A stretch of DNA of 64,000 nucleotides from Ignavibacteriales bacterium (GCA_026390575.1 JAPLFR010000010.1:10146-74145), one strand, 5' to 3'; counted from the stretch's first letter, positions 9,588 through 19,685 are shown. Notes: generated by a model not told the origin, from the letters alone. Translations and numbers: made by a program.

Positions 9588-9640
9588 TAATAATATCCGT
9601 CAGGACGTAAGTCCTGACTGTACAAAAATGAGTCACTACC
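9588..9640 (+). repeat. Half copy of the MITE-like element (copy B)
   Basis: AATAATATCCGTCAGGACGTAAGTCCTGAC..TGAGTCACTACC matches the right half of copy C (10090-10142), including the GTCAGGAC-GTAA-GTCCTGAC hairpin and the terminal repeat. Confidence 0.7.
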
Positions 9641-9760
9641 GAATTTTTGTAATCCACTATAAAATGAGAAGGGGCAACCTTTCGATTGCCCTTCTTGAGA
9701 ATGCCTACAGAATGAAGAGATGGAGAAGAATCTAAAAATAATTCAATAAAATCAGAGTAA

Positions 9761-9812
9761 ATTTAGTGCACCCAGAGGCACGCCTGCATTCCATTTCGGC
9801 GTGCAGGGAGTC
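9761..9812 (-). other. Duplicated 3'-end fragment of tRNA-Arg(ACG), interrupted by a hairpin
   Basis: ATTTAGTGCACCCAGAGG (9761-9778) is identical to 9867-9884, which is the tRNA 3' acceptor/T-arm plus flank. GAGTC resumes after an inserted hairpin of about 29 nt (GCACGCC..GGCGTGC). Confidence 0.7.
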
Positions 9813-9872
9813 TTTATCATACTTTCAAGAATATTAACGATATGTTCATTTAATTATGTTAGTAGTATTTAG

Positions 9873-9946
9873 TGCACCCAGAGGGAGTCGAACCCCCAAC
9901 CTACAGCTCCGTAGGCTGCCGCTCTATCCAATTGAGCTATGGGTGC
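9873..9946 (-). tRNA. tRNA-Arg(ACG): tRNA-Arg (anticodon ACG)
   Basis: The reverse complement reads GCACCCA-TA-GCTC..GAGC-G-GCAGC-CTACGGA-GCTGT-..-TTCGACT-..TGGGTGC-A, a standard cloverleaf. CCA is not encoded. Confidence 0.9.
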
Positions 9947-10013
9947 ATATTAATTTCATCATTACATCCTAATATACAAAACGATGAAAAAGGAAGCAAG
10001 AAACTGAATGTAC

Positions 10014-10142
10014 TGGTAGTGACTCAGTTTAATACAATTGACTGTGATGTCAGTCCCGTCGCGTAGTCGTGACGGGATTCCTGACATTCAATAATATCGG
10101 TCAGGACGTAAGTCCTGACCGCACGAAATTGAGTTACTACCA
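10014..10142 (+). mobile_element. MITE-like element, copy C (about 129 bp)
   Basis: Both ends carry the 13-bp terminal inverted repeat TGGTAGTGACTCA / TGAGTTACTACCA. Same core as copy A, plus a nested extra hairpin TCCCGTC..GACGGGA inserted in the GTCAGGAA/TTCCTGAC stem-loop. Confidence 0.75.
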
Positions 10143-10320
10143 ACGCACCGGTATCTTTAAATACAGCAAACACATCATGAATCAATTGGAAAAATCTGTT
10201 GTTATGCTGGAGTTAGATTATGATAAGTTGTGTTTACTAATTTTTAGTGACTCAATACGTTGAACCCCTCCTTATTGTTCTCTCGACATTTGTTTCGTAT
10301 TTTTTCATTGAAAAGAATAA

Positions 10321-11289
10321 ATGAAGTATAAAAGAATGAATGGCAGTATCATAGAAGTCCAAAACCTTACTAAGACTTTTACAAAACGCAAGCATGCACC
10401 TGTGCAGGCGTTAAAGGGAATTTCTTTTTCTATCGGGAAAGGACAAATCTTCGGATTATTAGGACCCAACGGTGCCGGAAAGTCGACCACGATTAAAATT
10501 CTCACAACACTTCTCACGCCAACATCTGGTTATGCCTCCGTGTGCGGGTACAATGTTGTTACGCATGGAACAGATGTACGCAAACATATTTGTGCTGTCG
10601 TGCAGGAAAATGCGCTTGAAATCTATCTTTCGGTACGGAATAATTTTCGAACGTTCGGCAAATTCCATGGCATCTCTGTGAAGGAGATCGAGGAGCGTAC
10701 AGATCGGCTCTGTGAATTGTTCAACCTTCGCGAGTATCTCAATGAATCCGGCATTGACCTGAGCGGCGGAATAAAGCGCCGTGTTCAGGTAGCAAAAATG
10801 TTTCTCATTGAAAAACCCGTTGTATTCTTGGATGAAGCAACAACCGGTATGGATACATTCAATAAACGGACAACGATCGAAGCAATTCGTGAGGAATCCC
10901 ACAAAGGAAGGACGATACTGCTTACGACACACCTTCTCGACGAAGCAGAAACATTGTGCGATGCAGTTATCATCATCAATCATGGCAGCATCCTTGCTCA
11001 GGGTAACATTGAAGAAGTGAAATCAATGGGGCTTCAATTATATACCGTAACCATGACCTGCAAATCCGATCCGCTCGTCATGCGTCGATGGATAGATCAA
11101 TGGAATCCTGTTTCAATCGAACTGACACAGAACACGTTCACCATAACGGTTGCGACAGAAGGGCAGGCGCTCGATATTGTCAATGGTGCTCGAACGAGCC
11201 ACGCTCTTCAGCGATTTGAAATTTCACGTACAAGCCTTGAAGATACATTCATTGAGCTGGTCGATAAAAAGACGGGGGCAATGGGATGA
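10321..11289 (+). CDS. ABC transporter ATP-binding protein (ABC-2/DrrA-like exporter)
   Basis: 322 aa with Walker A GPNGAGKST, ABC signature LSGGIKRR and Walker B VVFLDEATTGMD. It has a 4-nt overlap with the permease gene. Confidence 0.9.
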   Translation: MKYKRMNGSIIEVQNLTKTFTKRKHAPVQALKGISFSIGKGQIFGLLGPNGAGKSTTIKILTTLLTPTSGYASVCGYNVVTHGTDVRKHICAVVQENALEIYLSVRNNFRTFGKFHGISVKEIEERTDRLCELFNLREYLNESGIDLSGGIKRRVQVAKMFLIEKPVVFLDEATTGMDTFNKRTTIEAIREESHKGRTILLTTHLLDEAETLCDAVIIINHGSILAQGNIEEVKSMGLQLYTVTMTCKSDPLVMRRWIDQWNPVSIELTQNTFTITVATEGQALDIVNGARTSHALQRFEISRTSLEDTFIELVDKKTGAMG

Positions 11290-12050
11290 AACCCGTTCTT
11301 GCTGTAATGTACCGCGAATATCTTATCCGCCGGACAAGCCTCACCTGGATGTTTTTTGATGTCATGGTTCCTCTGTTATATTTATTGATGTTTGGAGTCG
11401 CATTTGATCGTGCACTTGGCGCAAGTTTTATAATCGATGGAATAGCAATCCATTACAACGCGTTCTTTCTTGCCGGCGTACTTTCCATGACCTGTTTTGG
11501 TAATGCCGTCAATCAATCATATGGATTTTTTATAGATAGGGATAACGGAATTTTCTATGAGCACCTTACCTATCCGCTGACGCGGGGAGAATTACTGTTT
11601 GGAAAAATTTTATTTCAGGGAATGATGGCGATTGTGCAGACAAGCTTGACATTGATCGCAGGAGTTGTGATCCTGGGTGTGGAAATACGTTTCGCGATGC
11701 TTCCGTTTATATTCATAGGAGTAGTGCTTGGCACAGCTGGCTGGTTTTTTTGTTTGTCGAGTGCGACATTTCTTATACGCCGCAATGATACATTCAATAT
11801 GGTTATCAACGCGTCCTACTTTATTCTCATGTTCATCAGCAGTCTCTTTTATCCGATCGACCAACTTCCTGTCTGGTTGAAAATCCCATCACAGTGTAAT
11901 CCGCTTACGTGGCACACAGATGTTATGAGATATTTGACAATAGGAATCGGCAATTTGCAGGGAATTGCAGTCCGTTCATTGCTTTTTGTGACATTTCTTA
12001 TCGTCTCATTTTTTATTGCGCAAAGAATGATCCAGCGCGCAACAGAATGA
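11286..12050 (+). CDS. ABC-2 type transporter permease
   Basis: 254 aa with about six hydrophobic segments. It is translationally coupled to the ATPase. Confidence 0.85.
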   Translation: MKPVLAVMYREYLIRRTSLTWMFFDVMVPLLYLLMFGVAFDRALGASFIIDGIAIHYNAFFLAGVLSMTCFGNAVNQSYGFFIDRDNGIFYEHLTYPLTRGELLFGKILFQGMMAIVQTSLTLIAGVVILGVEIRFAMLPFIFIGVVLGTAGWFFCLSSATFLIRRNDTFNMVINASYFILMFISSLFYPIDQLPVWLKIPSQCNPLTWHTDVMRYLTIGIGNLQGIAVRSLLFVTFLIVSFFIAQRMIQRATE

Positions 12051-12363
12051 AAAAAGAGTGACATCTCTCAATTTGCTTGCGTTATGCGACCAAGGGAATG
12101 ATCAATATCCGCTTATTTGAAATATTCTGTTGAAAATTATTATTTGAGTGATAAATATCGAAAATTGAGAGAGAAATGAGTGATATAACTTAAAAGCTCA
12201 TGGAATATGAAATTTTTAAATGAGATAGAATCGGCGAATAATTGTAAGACGAGAGTATGAAATAACCCTCGTTTTCTTCCCGCCAGAAGAAGGCGGGATT
12301 CTGAAAACGACAAACGACTTAGTTTCGCCCTGATGGGCTCACTAAGTCGTGGCGTTTTCGAAG

Positions 12364-12438
12364 CGGGGCCGACGAGGATCGAACTCGCGACCTCCTGCGT
12401 GACAGGCAGGCGCTCTAACCAAGCTGAGCTACGACCCC
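12364..12438 (-). tRNA. tRNA-Asp(GUC): tRNA-Asp (anticodon GUC)
   Basis: The reverse complement reads GGGGTCG-TA-GCTCAGCTTGGTTAGAGC-G-CCTGC-CTGTCAC-GCAGG-..-GTTCGATCC-..CGGCCCC-G. Confidence 0.9.
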
Positions 12439-13083
12439 GTGATTATTACTTAATTAAGTTAATGGATAATGTCTCGCGAAGCAAGAATATTTTATTATGA
12501 AAGAAAAGATTGATAGTAGGATTCTTAAAATAGGCTAAAAATATAAAAGCAGTTTTTTATGTGTTGATCAACCTGGAATGTAATAGAATAAAATACACAA
12601 CGTTTTCCTCGTTTAAGGTAGGGAAACCATCACGATTTATGGCGCTTTTCAATATTCTGCACCTCGACATTGGAACAAAGGAGTAGTGTACAACTATACA
12701 AAATTACTATAATCCTTTAATAAAGATTTTACAGTATGGAACATCAATGATGAGATACAAATAATTTGATGCAAAACTCAATAGGGAAAGAAAAAAGAGT
12801 GTCCTTGCGTGTTTGTATCTTATGTAATGGTCAAACTTAAAGTCTAGTTGTCTAACTTTGAAATGATGGAAAAAAGCGGTTTTGAGTTGATAATAACAGC
12901 AGGCGATAGAACATGCTGAAAACATTGAAGAAAAATGATTTTTTTGTTGACATTTGATTAAAAAACAACATATATTTCGACAAGATTTATTGAACATTGA
13001 AAGAATGAATATCAGTTCTCGCTTGTTCAGGTATTGTTTTACTAAACAATTCACAAACAATTAATCATTAAAAAGGGACTCCT

Positions 13084-13371
13084 ATGGGAAAAGCAATGAC
13101 CAAAAGTCAGATTGCAGCTCATCTTGCAAGCAAGTTTGAGTTGAAGAAAAAAGATGCTGTGGCGATATTAGAAGAGATTGCAGGCTTGGCATATCGGGAA
13201 GCGAAAAATTCTTTTACGTTACCAGGCATTGGTAAATTGGTTCTGGTTGATCGTAAAGCCCGTATCGGACGCAATCCGGCTACTGGAGCACAAATAAATA
13301 TACCTGCAAAAACGGTTGTAAAGTTCCGTGTTGCGAAGGCTGCAAAAGAAGCTGTCCTTGCTCAGCATTGA
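13084..13371 (+). CDS. hup: HU-family nucleoid-associated DNA-binding protein
   Basis: 95 aa with the beta-arm signature GIGKLVLVDRKARIGRNPATGAQINIPAKTVVKFR. RBS AAAGGGA lies upstream. Confidence 0.9.
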   Translation: MGKAMTKSQIAAHLASKFELKKKDAVAILEEIAGLAYREAKNSFTLPGIGKLVLVDRKARIGRNPATGAQINIPAKTVVKFRVAKAAKEAVLAQH

Positions 13372-13393
13372 CATTAGATTTAAGTGTATAAGT

Positions 13394-13430
13394 AAAGGCG
13401 CCGGGAAAATATTCTCGACGCCTTTTTTCT
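13394..13430 (+). terminator. Intrinsic terminator after the HU gene
   Basis: Stem AAAGGCG / CGCCTTT followed by a T-run (CCTTTTTTCT). Confidence 0.55.
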
Positions 13431-13545
13431 ATCCATACACAAAGCTTGTTTTAGTTTGCCATTCCTATTGTCCTATCAATTATAGGAATTAGAGATATTG
13501 AAGTCTCACGTGCAGGTAAGTAGTTTTTCAGAAAAGGTATTTGTT

Positions 13546-15777
13546 ATGAATGACATATATCCAAAGACTGGCAAAACACTCTATCTCAATATTATTTGGC
13601 ATCAACATCAGCCATTATACCTTGATCCAGAATCAGATCAACTTCAAGGACCTTGGGTCCGCACGCACGGGACAAAAGATTACTATGATATGGCGGCGAT
13701 ACTGGAGAAGTATCCGAACATTCATTTTACCGTTAATTTAACTTCATCACTACTTTCACAATTACAGACATATTATGTCGAGCGTTTAGCTCCATTCGTC
13801 GATGTAAAGAAGAACCATGTGAACGTGAAGAAATATTTTGCAAAATATGGAGGTAAAACAGATCCGTGGATCGATATTGCACTTAAACCAACCGCCCAGT
13901 TCAGTGAGCAGGATTTTAAATACTTGTTTACAAATGTATGGAACGCTTTCGGTGTGAGCGAAATCATCATTTCAAGGTTCCCGGAATATAAATTCTTAAG
14001 AGAAAAGTATTCTCAAGTCGGCAAGGATGGATTATCTGAACAAGAAATTCGTGAAATCAAGTTTTGGTTTTTCCTTGCATCGTTCGATCCGGATTTCCTT
14101 GATCATCCGCAGAAACTTGCCACAGGTGTATCGATCAATCTAACGGACATTATTCAGAAAAATACTGATGAAACGTATACGTTGAAAGAAAAAATCACTG
14201 AAGACAGCTGTAATCGTATCGTTGCAGAGGCATATAAAGTTCTTGCCGCTATTATTCCCATTCATAAAAAGTTGATGTACCATCCTATTACACATAAAGG
14301 GCAGATAGAAGTACTGACCACACCTTACTATCATCCGATTTTACCATTGATTTATGATTCAGATCTTGCCAAGCTGTCGCAGCCAAATGATCCTATGCCC
14401 TCGAGATTCCATTTTCCAAAAGATGCCGAGGTGCAAGTGGCGAAGGCGGTGACCAAGTTCAAGAAAACGTTTGGGACGAAGCCGACGGGTATGTGGCCTG
14501 GTGAAGGTTCGATAGCTCACGATGTTATTTCGGTTTTTGCCCATCAAGGTATCAAATGGATAGCGACCGATCAAAAAATACTTGAGCGCTCAAAAACAGG
14601 GGCGAATCCTTGTTTCTATCCCTACGCCGTCTTTCCCGAACATGATTCTAATGTAAAAGATGCCGTGGTCATTGTTTTCAGAGAGACCGAGCTCTCCGAT
14701 AAAATTGGGTTTGTTTATAAAAATTATCAAGGTGAAGACGCAGCGGACGACTTTATCCGCGGAATCCTGCGATATGTCTCAGGAGATGGTGAACAGGATC
14801 GATTATTGACCGTCATTCTTGATGGAGAGAACGCCTGGGAGTGGTACCGATACGATAATGATGGAAAGACTTTTCAAAATGCACTGTATAGAAAACTTTC
14901 TAAATTATTTGAAACACGACAAGTTGTAACAACGACCGTTACTGAATATATCGATGGTAATCCGCTAAGAAACATCCCGGCTCATCCAGTCGAAACGTTT
15001 CCAAAAATCGAATGGCTCTATCCTGGTTCATGGATTAATGCAAACTACGATACTTGGATTGGTGAAGATGAAGAAAACCGGGCTTGGGAATATCTACTTA
15101 CTGCCCGAAAAGATATTGAAGTCTCCGGCCTTGTTCAGCCTGACCCCAAGAAATCTGCGCCAAAGAAAAATACAAAAGCCTGGTATGCATATCGAGCATG
15201 GGAATCGATGTACGCTGCAGAAGGTTCAGATTGGTTTTGGTGGTATGGTACAGAGCAGAATGCTCCCGCTGGAGACAAACCATTTGATCGCGCTTACATC
15301 ACTCATCTTCAGAATATCTACAAATTTGCAAAACTTGCCGGTGGAAAAATGCCAGAGCGGGATTTCGAACCAATCACATTTGATTCTTCAAAAAAAACAA
15401 TTCAGCAAGCACAAGGCACAATGGCACAAAGCCAGCAGGATTTAGTCACTGTGGTTTTTCAGTGCGATGCCCGTGGTATGTATGTCCGTAAGTCTTTGTA
15501 CATTGCCGGGAACCATGAAGAATTAGGAAATTGGATTCCGAATAAAGTACGCTTATATAATGATGGTACGCACGGAGATGCAGTTGCTGATGATAGTATT
15601 TGGGCGGTTGAAATCCAACTGCCAGTAGGTGCGGAGATAGAGTATAAATATACAAACAGCGGAGCTATGGGTAACTGGGATCCCGGTGAGGAGTTTTCTT
15701 CGATCAATCGAAAGATTAAAATTGAACAAACAGAATCAGGGAAGATGTTTGTTCAAGATAGGTTTGGAATAATCTGA
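13546..15777 (+). CDS. GH57-family alpha-glucan-active enzyme with C-terminal CBM20 starch-binding domain
   Basis: GH57 blocks WHQHQPLY, TTPYYHPILPL, WPGEGS (nucleophile Glu) and DGENAWEWY (acid/base Asp). The C-terminal ~100 aa are CBM20-like (LYIAGNHEELGNW..EYKY). I chose the ATG at 13546, which has an AAAGG RBS, over the track's TTG at 13498. Confidence 0.85.
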   Translation: MNDIYPKTGKTLYLNIIWHQHQPLYLDPESDQLQGPWVRTHGTKDYYDMAAILEKYPNIHFTVNLTSSLLSQLQTYYVERLAPFVDVKKNHVNVKKYFAKYGGKTDPWIDIALKPTAQFSEQDFKYLFTNVWNAFGVSEIIISRFPEYKFLREKYSQVGKDGLSEQEIREIKFWFFLASFDPDFLDHPQKLATGVSINLTDIIQKNTDETYTLKEKITEDSCNRIVAEAYKVLAAIIPIHKKLMYHPITHKGQIEVLTTPYYHPILPLIYDSDLAKLSQPNDPMPSRFHFPKDAEVQVAKAVTKFKKTFGTKPTGMWPGEGSIAHDVISVFAHQGIKWIATDQKILERSKTGANPCFYPYAVFPEHDSNVKDAVVIVFRETELSDKIGFVYKNYQGEDAADDFIRGILRYVSGDGEQDRLLTVILDGENAWEWYRYDNDGKTFQNALYRKLSKLFETRQVVTTTVTEYIDGNPLRNIPAHPVETFPKIEWLYPGSWINANYDTWIGEDEENRAWEYLLTARKDIEVSGLVQPDPKKSAPKKNTKAWYAYRAWESMYAAEGSDWFWWYGTEQNAPAGDKPFDRAYITHLQNIYKFAKLAGGKMPERDFEPITFDSSKKTIQQAQGTMAQSQQDLVTVVFQCDARGMYVRKSLYIAGNHEELGNWIPNKVRLYNDGTHGDAVADDSIWAVEIQLPVGAEIEYKYTNSGAMGNWDPGEEFSSINRKIKIEQTESGKMFVQDRFGII

Positions 15778-15806
15778 TTACCTAACAAAGGATATAAAGG
15801 TTCTCT

Positions 15807-17144
15807 TTGAATAGACGATTTCTAATTACCGCGACTGTTATTATGTTCGTGTGCAGTTCATTTTCCTATTTTGGTTGTGCAAAAAAGAATATTCATGACA
15901 TGCACGCACGTCCGAGCGCAGAATGGGTAAAGAATGCAGTCATCTACGAGGTCAATCTTCGCTCGTTTTCAATGAATGGACCATTTAAAGCGCTGGAAGC
16001 ACAAATTCCAGAACTAAAGAAGTTTGGCGTGACAGTGATCTCCTTAAGGCCGATTCATCCTATTGGTGAATTGAATAGGAGAGGGACGTTGGGAAGTCCA
16101 TATGCGGTAAGAGATTTCTATACGGTCAATCCGGAATTCGGTACTCTTGAGGATTTTGAATCTCTCGTCAAGACGATTCACCAACAAGGTTTGAAAATTA
16201 TTATTAACCTTGTTGCCAGTCAGGCTGCCTGGGACAATCAACTTCTCATGGAACATCCGGATTGGTTTGTTCATAATGAAGAGGGAGCGATTGTTTCTCC
16301 TAATTACGAAAGTAGCGATGCTGCGCAAATAGACTACCACCAGCACGAGCCGCGCAAGTATATGATTGCGGTGATGAAATTCTGGGTCCAGGAAATCGGT
16401 CTCGATGGTTTCCAGTGCAGATCGTCAGAATTGATACCGACAGACTTTTGGGATGTTGCCCGAGATGAGTTGGACAAGATCAAACCAGTGATGATGATTT
16501 CAGAAGGCATGCTTCCAGAGCATCACATAAAAGCATTTGATCTGACCTGTTCATGGGAAATGAGGAATGCCTTGGCGAACATCGTCGATGGTAATGTTCC
16601 TGCATCGATCATCGATGACTCTTTGAACGCGGAATCCCTACGTTTTCCAACAGGATCGCTTCATCTGCGTTCCAATATCAAACTCGATGAAAACAGAGAA
16701 GATGCTCCAAGCATCGAGAAATCCAATCCGCAGGTTGAGAATACAATTGTGATTCTTACATTCACTCTTCCTGGTGTGCCGCTTTTCTACTCTGGCGATG
16801 GAACCGGGGAAAAAAGCAAACGAGATTTGTTCAACAAAAATTATGATGACGTATGCACACTTCGCCGGAATCATCTGGCACTGCGGTACGGCTCGTATCG
16901 GAATGTACAGAATTCTGCGAATTCTCGTCTGTTCTCGTTCATTCGTATTTCCGAAAAAGATTCTATTCTTATCGTTGTCAACTTTGCCAATGAGAAAAAA
17001 GAAGCGGACATTCATATGCCTGCAGGTGCATCCTTATTATGGAAAGAGCAATTCTCAGGTGTCAGCGTTAAGGTAAAAAACTCGAAGTTGAGAGTAGCAG
17101 TATCATCATTAGGCTTTCTGGCGCTCATACCGTCTTCTGAATAG
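15807..17144 (+). CDS. GH13 alpha-amylase-family lipoprotein
   Basis: 445 aa with signal/lipobox-like SYFGC and GH13 regions ([28 protein letters not shown]). The TTG start has an upstream AAAGG. Confidence 0.8.
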   Translation: MNRRFLITATVIMFVCSSFSYFGCAKKNIHDMHARPSAEWVKNAVIYEVNLRSFSMNGPFKALEAQIPELKKFGVTVISLRPIHPIGELNRRGTLGSPYAVRDFYTVNPEFGTLEDFESLVKTIHQQGLKIIINLVASQAAWDNQLLMEHPDWFVHNEEGAIVSPNYESSDAAQIDYHQHEPRKYMIAVMKFWVQEIGLDGFQCRSSELIPTDFWDVARDELDKIKPVMMISEGMLPEHHIKAFDLTCSWEMRNALANIVDGNVPASIIDDSLNAESLRFPTGSLHLRSNIKLDENREDAPSIEKSNPQVENTIVILTFTLPGVPLFYSGDGTGEKSKRDLFNKNYDDVCTLRRNHLALRYGSYRNVQNSANSRLFSFIRISEKDSILIVVNFANEKKEADIHMPAGASLLWKEQFSGVSVKVKNSKLRVAVSSLGFLALIPSSE

Positions 17145-17152
17145 GAACTGTT

Positions 17153-17566
17153 ATGAAATCTTTCACGGAATATCTCTGGTTCAACTCGAAAAAGCACCGC
17201 GAGTATATAAACATAACCTCTGAAGTGGAGCAGATTCTGGCAAAGAGTGGAATTAAAGAGGGAATGATTCTCGTATCAGCGATGCATATTACAGCTGGTA
17301 TCTATGTCAATGATGCAGAATCAGGATTGATTCAAGATATCGATGCATGGTTGGAAAAGCTTGCACCGTTTAATCAAGAATACCGCCACCATCATACGGG
17401 GGAATCGAACGGCGATGCGCATCTGAAAAGTCTTCTTATTCATCATGAAGTCATTGTACCTGTAACAGACGGCAAATTAGATTTTGGACCATGGCAGCAA
17501 ATCTATTATGCCGAGTTTGACGGCCAGCGGCGGAAACGCGTCATTGTTAAAGCGATGGGCGAGTGA
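17153..17566 (+). CDS. yjbQ: YjbQ/UPF0047 family protein (secondary thiamine-phosphate synthase)
   Basis: 137 aa with the family blocks [18 protein letters not shown] and [13 protein letters not shown]. Confidence 0.85.
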   Translation: MKSFTEYLWFNSKKHREYINITSEVEQILAKSGIKEGMILVSAMHITAGIYVNDAESGLIQDIDAWLEKLAPFNQEYRHHHTGESNGDAHLKSLLIHHEVIVPVTDGKLDFGPWQQIYYAEFDGQRRKRVIVKAMGE

Positions 17567-17615
17567 TTCGATAAAAACGAATAACCATTGTTCAAACAAC
17601 ATCAGTCAAAATGTT

Positions 17616-18521
17616 ATGCCAATCAAAAAAACACACGTTATTGAATATGGTATTTTTCGATGTTTCGGTTTCATTGTCAGATTACTGCCATTGCATCTTG
17701 TTCACAAAACGGGCTTTGCCCTTGCTCGATTAGCATATCCATTGTTGAAATCGCGTAGAGAAGTAGCGCTCCGAAATCTCCGCAATGCCTTTCCGGAAAT
17801 GGACGCACAAAGGCGAGAACAAATTGCGCTTCACTCGTTCCAAAATATTGGGGCAACATTCATTGAATTACTCTGGTCTCAGAATTTAACAAAAGAGCTT
17901 ATCAAGCAGAGAGTATGCATTGATAATTACGATTTGTTAGAACGGCTTCGAGAGAAGAAAAAGGGTATTGTTTTTCTCACAGCGCATTTCGGCAGCTGGG
18001 AACTTGCGATCCAAGCAATCTCTGTCTATACGGATATGCCAGTGTGCACCATTGCAAAATCCCAATCGAATGCACTCGTTGACCGCCTTATCAATCGGTG
18101 GCGGGAATTGTTTGGACTCAAAATCGTTCCCATGGGTGTGAGCGTTCGTGAAATTCTACGGACGCTTCAGCAGGGAGGAATTGTTGCGCTTGCCGCCGAT
18201 CAAACAGCTCCGAAGGAAAGTGTTTCGGTAGAATTTTTTGGACGACAAGTGCCGACATTTCAAGGTCCGGCTGTTTTTTGTCTGAAGACAGGCGCTCCTA
18301 TTGTTTTAGGGTGTACTGTCCGGCAAGAAAATGGAAATTACAAAATGCATTTGGTACATGTGCCGAGTGATGACTTAATGGGTTCTTCAGATGAAAATGT
18401 TTTTGAACTGACTCAACGGCAAGTTCGCATGACAGAGGAAATTATACGGCACTATCCGGAACAATGGATGTGGATGCATAAACGGTGGAAGCATGTTCCA
18501 GATCGAGTGGGGGGCGTGTAG
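17616..18521 (+). CDS. LpxL/HtrB-family lipid A (Kdo2-lipid IVA) late acyltransferase
   Basis: HX4(D/E) motif in TAHFGSWEL, with family-like N- and C-termini. The track start 17484 would overlap yjbQ by 83 nt, so I chose the ATG at 17616. Confidence 0.8.
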   Translation: MPIKKTHVIEYGIFRCFGFIVRLLPLHLVHKTGFALARLAYPLLKSRREVALRNLRNAFPEMDAQRREQIALHSFQNIGATFIELLWSQNLTKELIKQRVCIDNYDLLERLREKKKGIVFLTAHFGSWELAIQAISVYTDMPVCTIAKSQSNALVDRLINRWRELFGLKIVPMGVSVREILRTLQQGGIVALAADQTAPKESVSVEFFGRQVPTFQGPAVFCLKTGAPIVLGCTVRQENGNYKMHLVHVPSDDLMGSSDENVFELTQRQVRMTEEIIRHYPEQWMWMHKRWKHVPDRVGGV

Positions 18522-19561
18522 TGGCGAAGTCATTTAACAAAATCTTAGTTATTCAGACTGCATTCATTGGCGACGCGATTCTCACACTGCCTCTTCTCCA
18601 AGCCCTTAAGCTCAATTATCCGCAATCTTCAATTGATGTCATTGTCGTTCCACGGGCAGCGGAAATATTTGCTCATCATCCCGCCATCTCCAAGATTATC
18701 CAGTATGATAAACGCGGAAGTGATAAAGGATTAAAAGGTTTGTGGCGGCTCAGAACCAAACTCAGTGCGCATCATTATGATCTGATTATTGTTCCTCATC
18801 GATCTTTACGAAGCGCGCTTCTTACTTGGCTCTTGAAACCAACGCTCAGCGTCGGATTTGATAGAAGTGCGGGACCATGGTTATTTAAGAAAAGAGTTCG
18901 CTATAATCCTTCAGATCATGAAATTGAACGGAATCTTTCATTGTTGAGTCCGTTGAAACTTCCTCCACATGAGGCCGAATTACCGCGGCTCTATCCTTCA
19001 AATCAGGATGCGCAAATTATCGATTCTCTTATGAATGATAATGGTTTGAACCGGTATACAAATATTGTAGCAATAGCCCCTGGCACGATATGGAATACGA
19101 AACGCTGGCCGGCAGAAAGATTCGCTTCCCTCTGTAAACAAATCGCTTCAGAAAACGTTGCTCTTGTTCTTGTCGGAGGAAGTGAAGATGAGGTATTGAG
19201 CAAAGAAATCATAGAGATTGCACAAGCAGCACATGTATTCAGCGTTGCAGGCAAGCTTTCACTCCTTCAGTCTGCCGAGTTGATTCGTCGCTGCAACGTA
19301 TTGATTTCGAACGACAGCGCACCGATGCACATTGCCGTTGCTGTGGGAACCCCGGTCGTTGCCATCTTTGGAGCAACAGTTCCCGAATTTGGCTTTGCAC
19401 CGCGCGGACCTAGGGATGTTGTGATAGAAACAAAGGGACTTCAGTGCCGTCCATGTTCAAGCCATGGCGGAAATATGTGCCCTATAAAAACATTCGAATG
19501 CATGCTGTCAATTACTCCAGAAGTTGTTGTGAGTAAAGTGAGGAAATTTCTTCAAAAGTAA
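18521..19561 (+). CDS. GT9-family LPS heptosyltransferase
   Basis: KILVIQTAFIGDAILTLPL near the N-terminus and SNDSAPMHIAVAVGTPVVAIFG near the C-terminus are typical of RfaF/WaaC-like enzymes. The GTG at 18521 abuts the upstream stop; the track ORF begins at 18485. Confidence 0.8.
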   Translation: MAKSFNKILVIQTAFIGDAILTLPLLQALKLNYPQSSIDVIVVPRAAEIFAHHPAISKIIQYDKRGSDKGLKGLWRLRTKLSAHHYDLIIVPHRSLRSALLTWLLKPTLSVGFDRSAGPWLFKKRVRYNPSDHEIERNLSLLSPLKLPPHEAELPRLYPSNQDAQIIDSLMNDNGLNRYTNIVAIAPGTIWNTKRWPAERFASLCKQIASENVALVLVGGSEDEVLSKEIIEIAQAAHVFSVAGKLSLLQSAELIRRCNVLISNDSAPMHIAVAVGTPVVAIFGATVPEFGFAPRGPRDVVIETKGLQCRPCSSHGGNMCPIKTFECMLSITPEVVVSKVRKFLQK

Positions 19562-19656
19562 GGTATTGGAACATTACTTTTTATGGTAGGAATTGACAGA
19601 GAACGAAATGGTCTTAATCCCCACAGATACTGATTCGGATTTATTAATTGGATCAG

Positions 19657-19685
19657 TTGAAATATTAATAAGAAATTATTATAAT
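19657..19685 (+). promoter_or_regulatory. Consensus sigma70-type promoter for the retron-like ncRNA/operon
   Basis: TTGAAA (19657-19662), a 17-nt spacer, then TATAAT (19680-19685). The predicted TSS, 7 nt downstream, falls on G19692, the first base of the a2 repeat. Confidence 0.6.

Noticed and set aside
6790-9870. Search for an integrase or transposase that would explain the R-M islet and the tRNA-end duplication
   Set aside because: No ORF with recombinase-like motifs (tyrosine recombinase R..H..R..Y or a DDE pattern) is present on either strand, so the islet cannot be called an intact mobile element.
12707-13060. 117-aa ORF (-) in the AT-rich region upstream of the HU gene
   Set aside because: Composition is low-complexity and rich in Phe/Lys/Ile/Asn, driven by AT content. 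It has no RBS and sits in a probable promoter/leader region.
12439-13083. Possible replication origin in the long AT-rich gap
   Set aside because: There is no cluster of DnaA-box-like 9-mers (only isolated partial matches such as TGGATAA) and no dnaA/dnaN nearby.
17484-17615. N-terminal extensions of track ORFs (17484 for the acyltransferase, 18485 for the heptosyltransferase, 46904 for pgeF, 33911 for the protease, 28366 for the lipoprotein, 25189 for STAS)
   Set aside because: The extensions overlap the upstream gene or precede an obvious signal peptide or RBS-linked ATG. Internal starts give family-typical N-termini.
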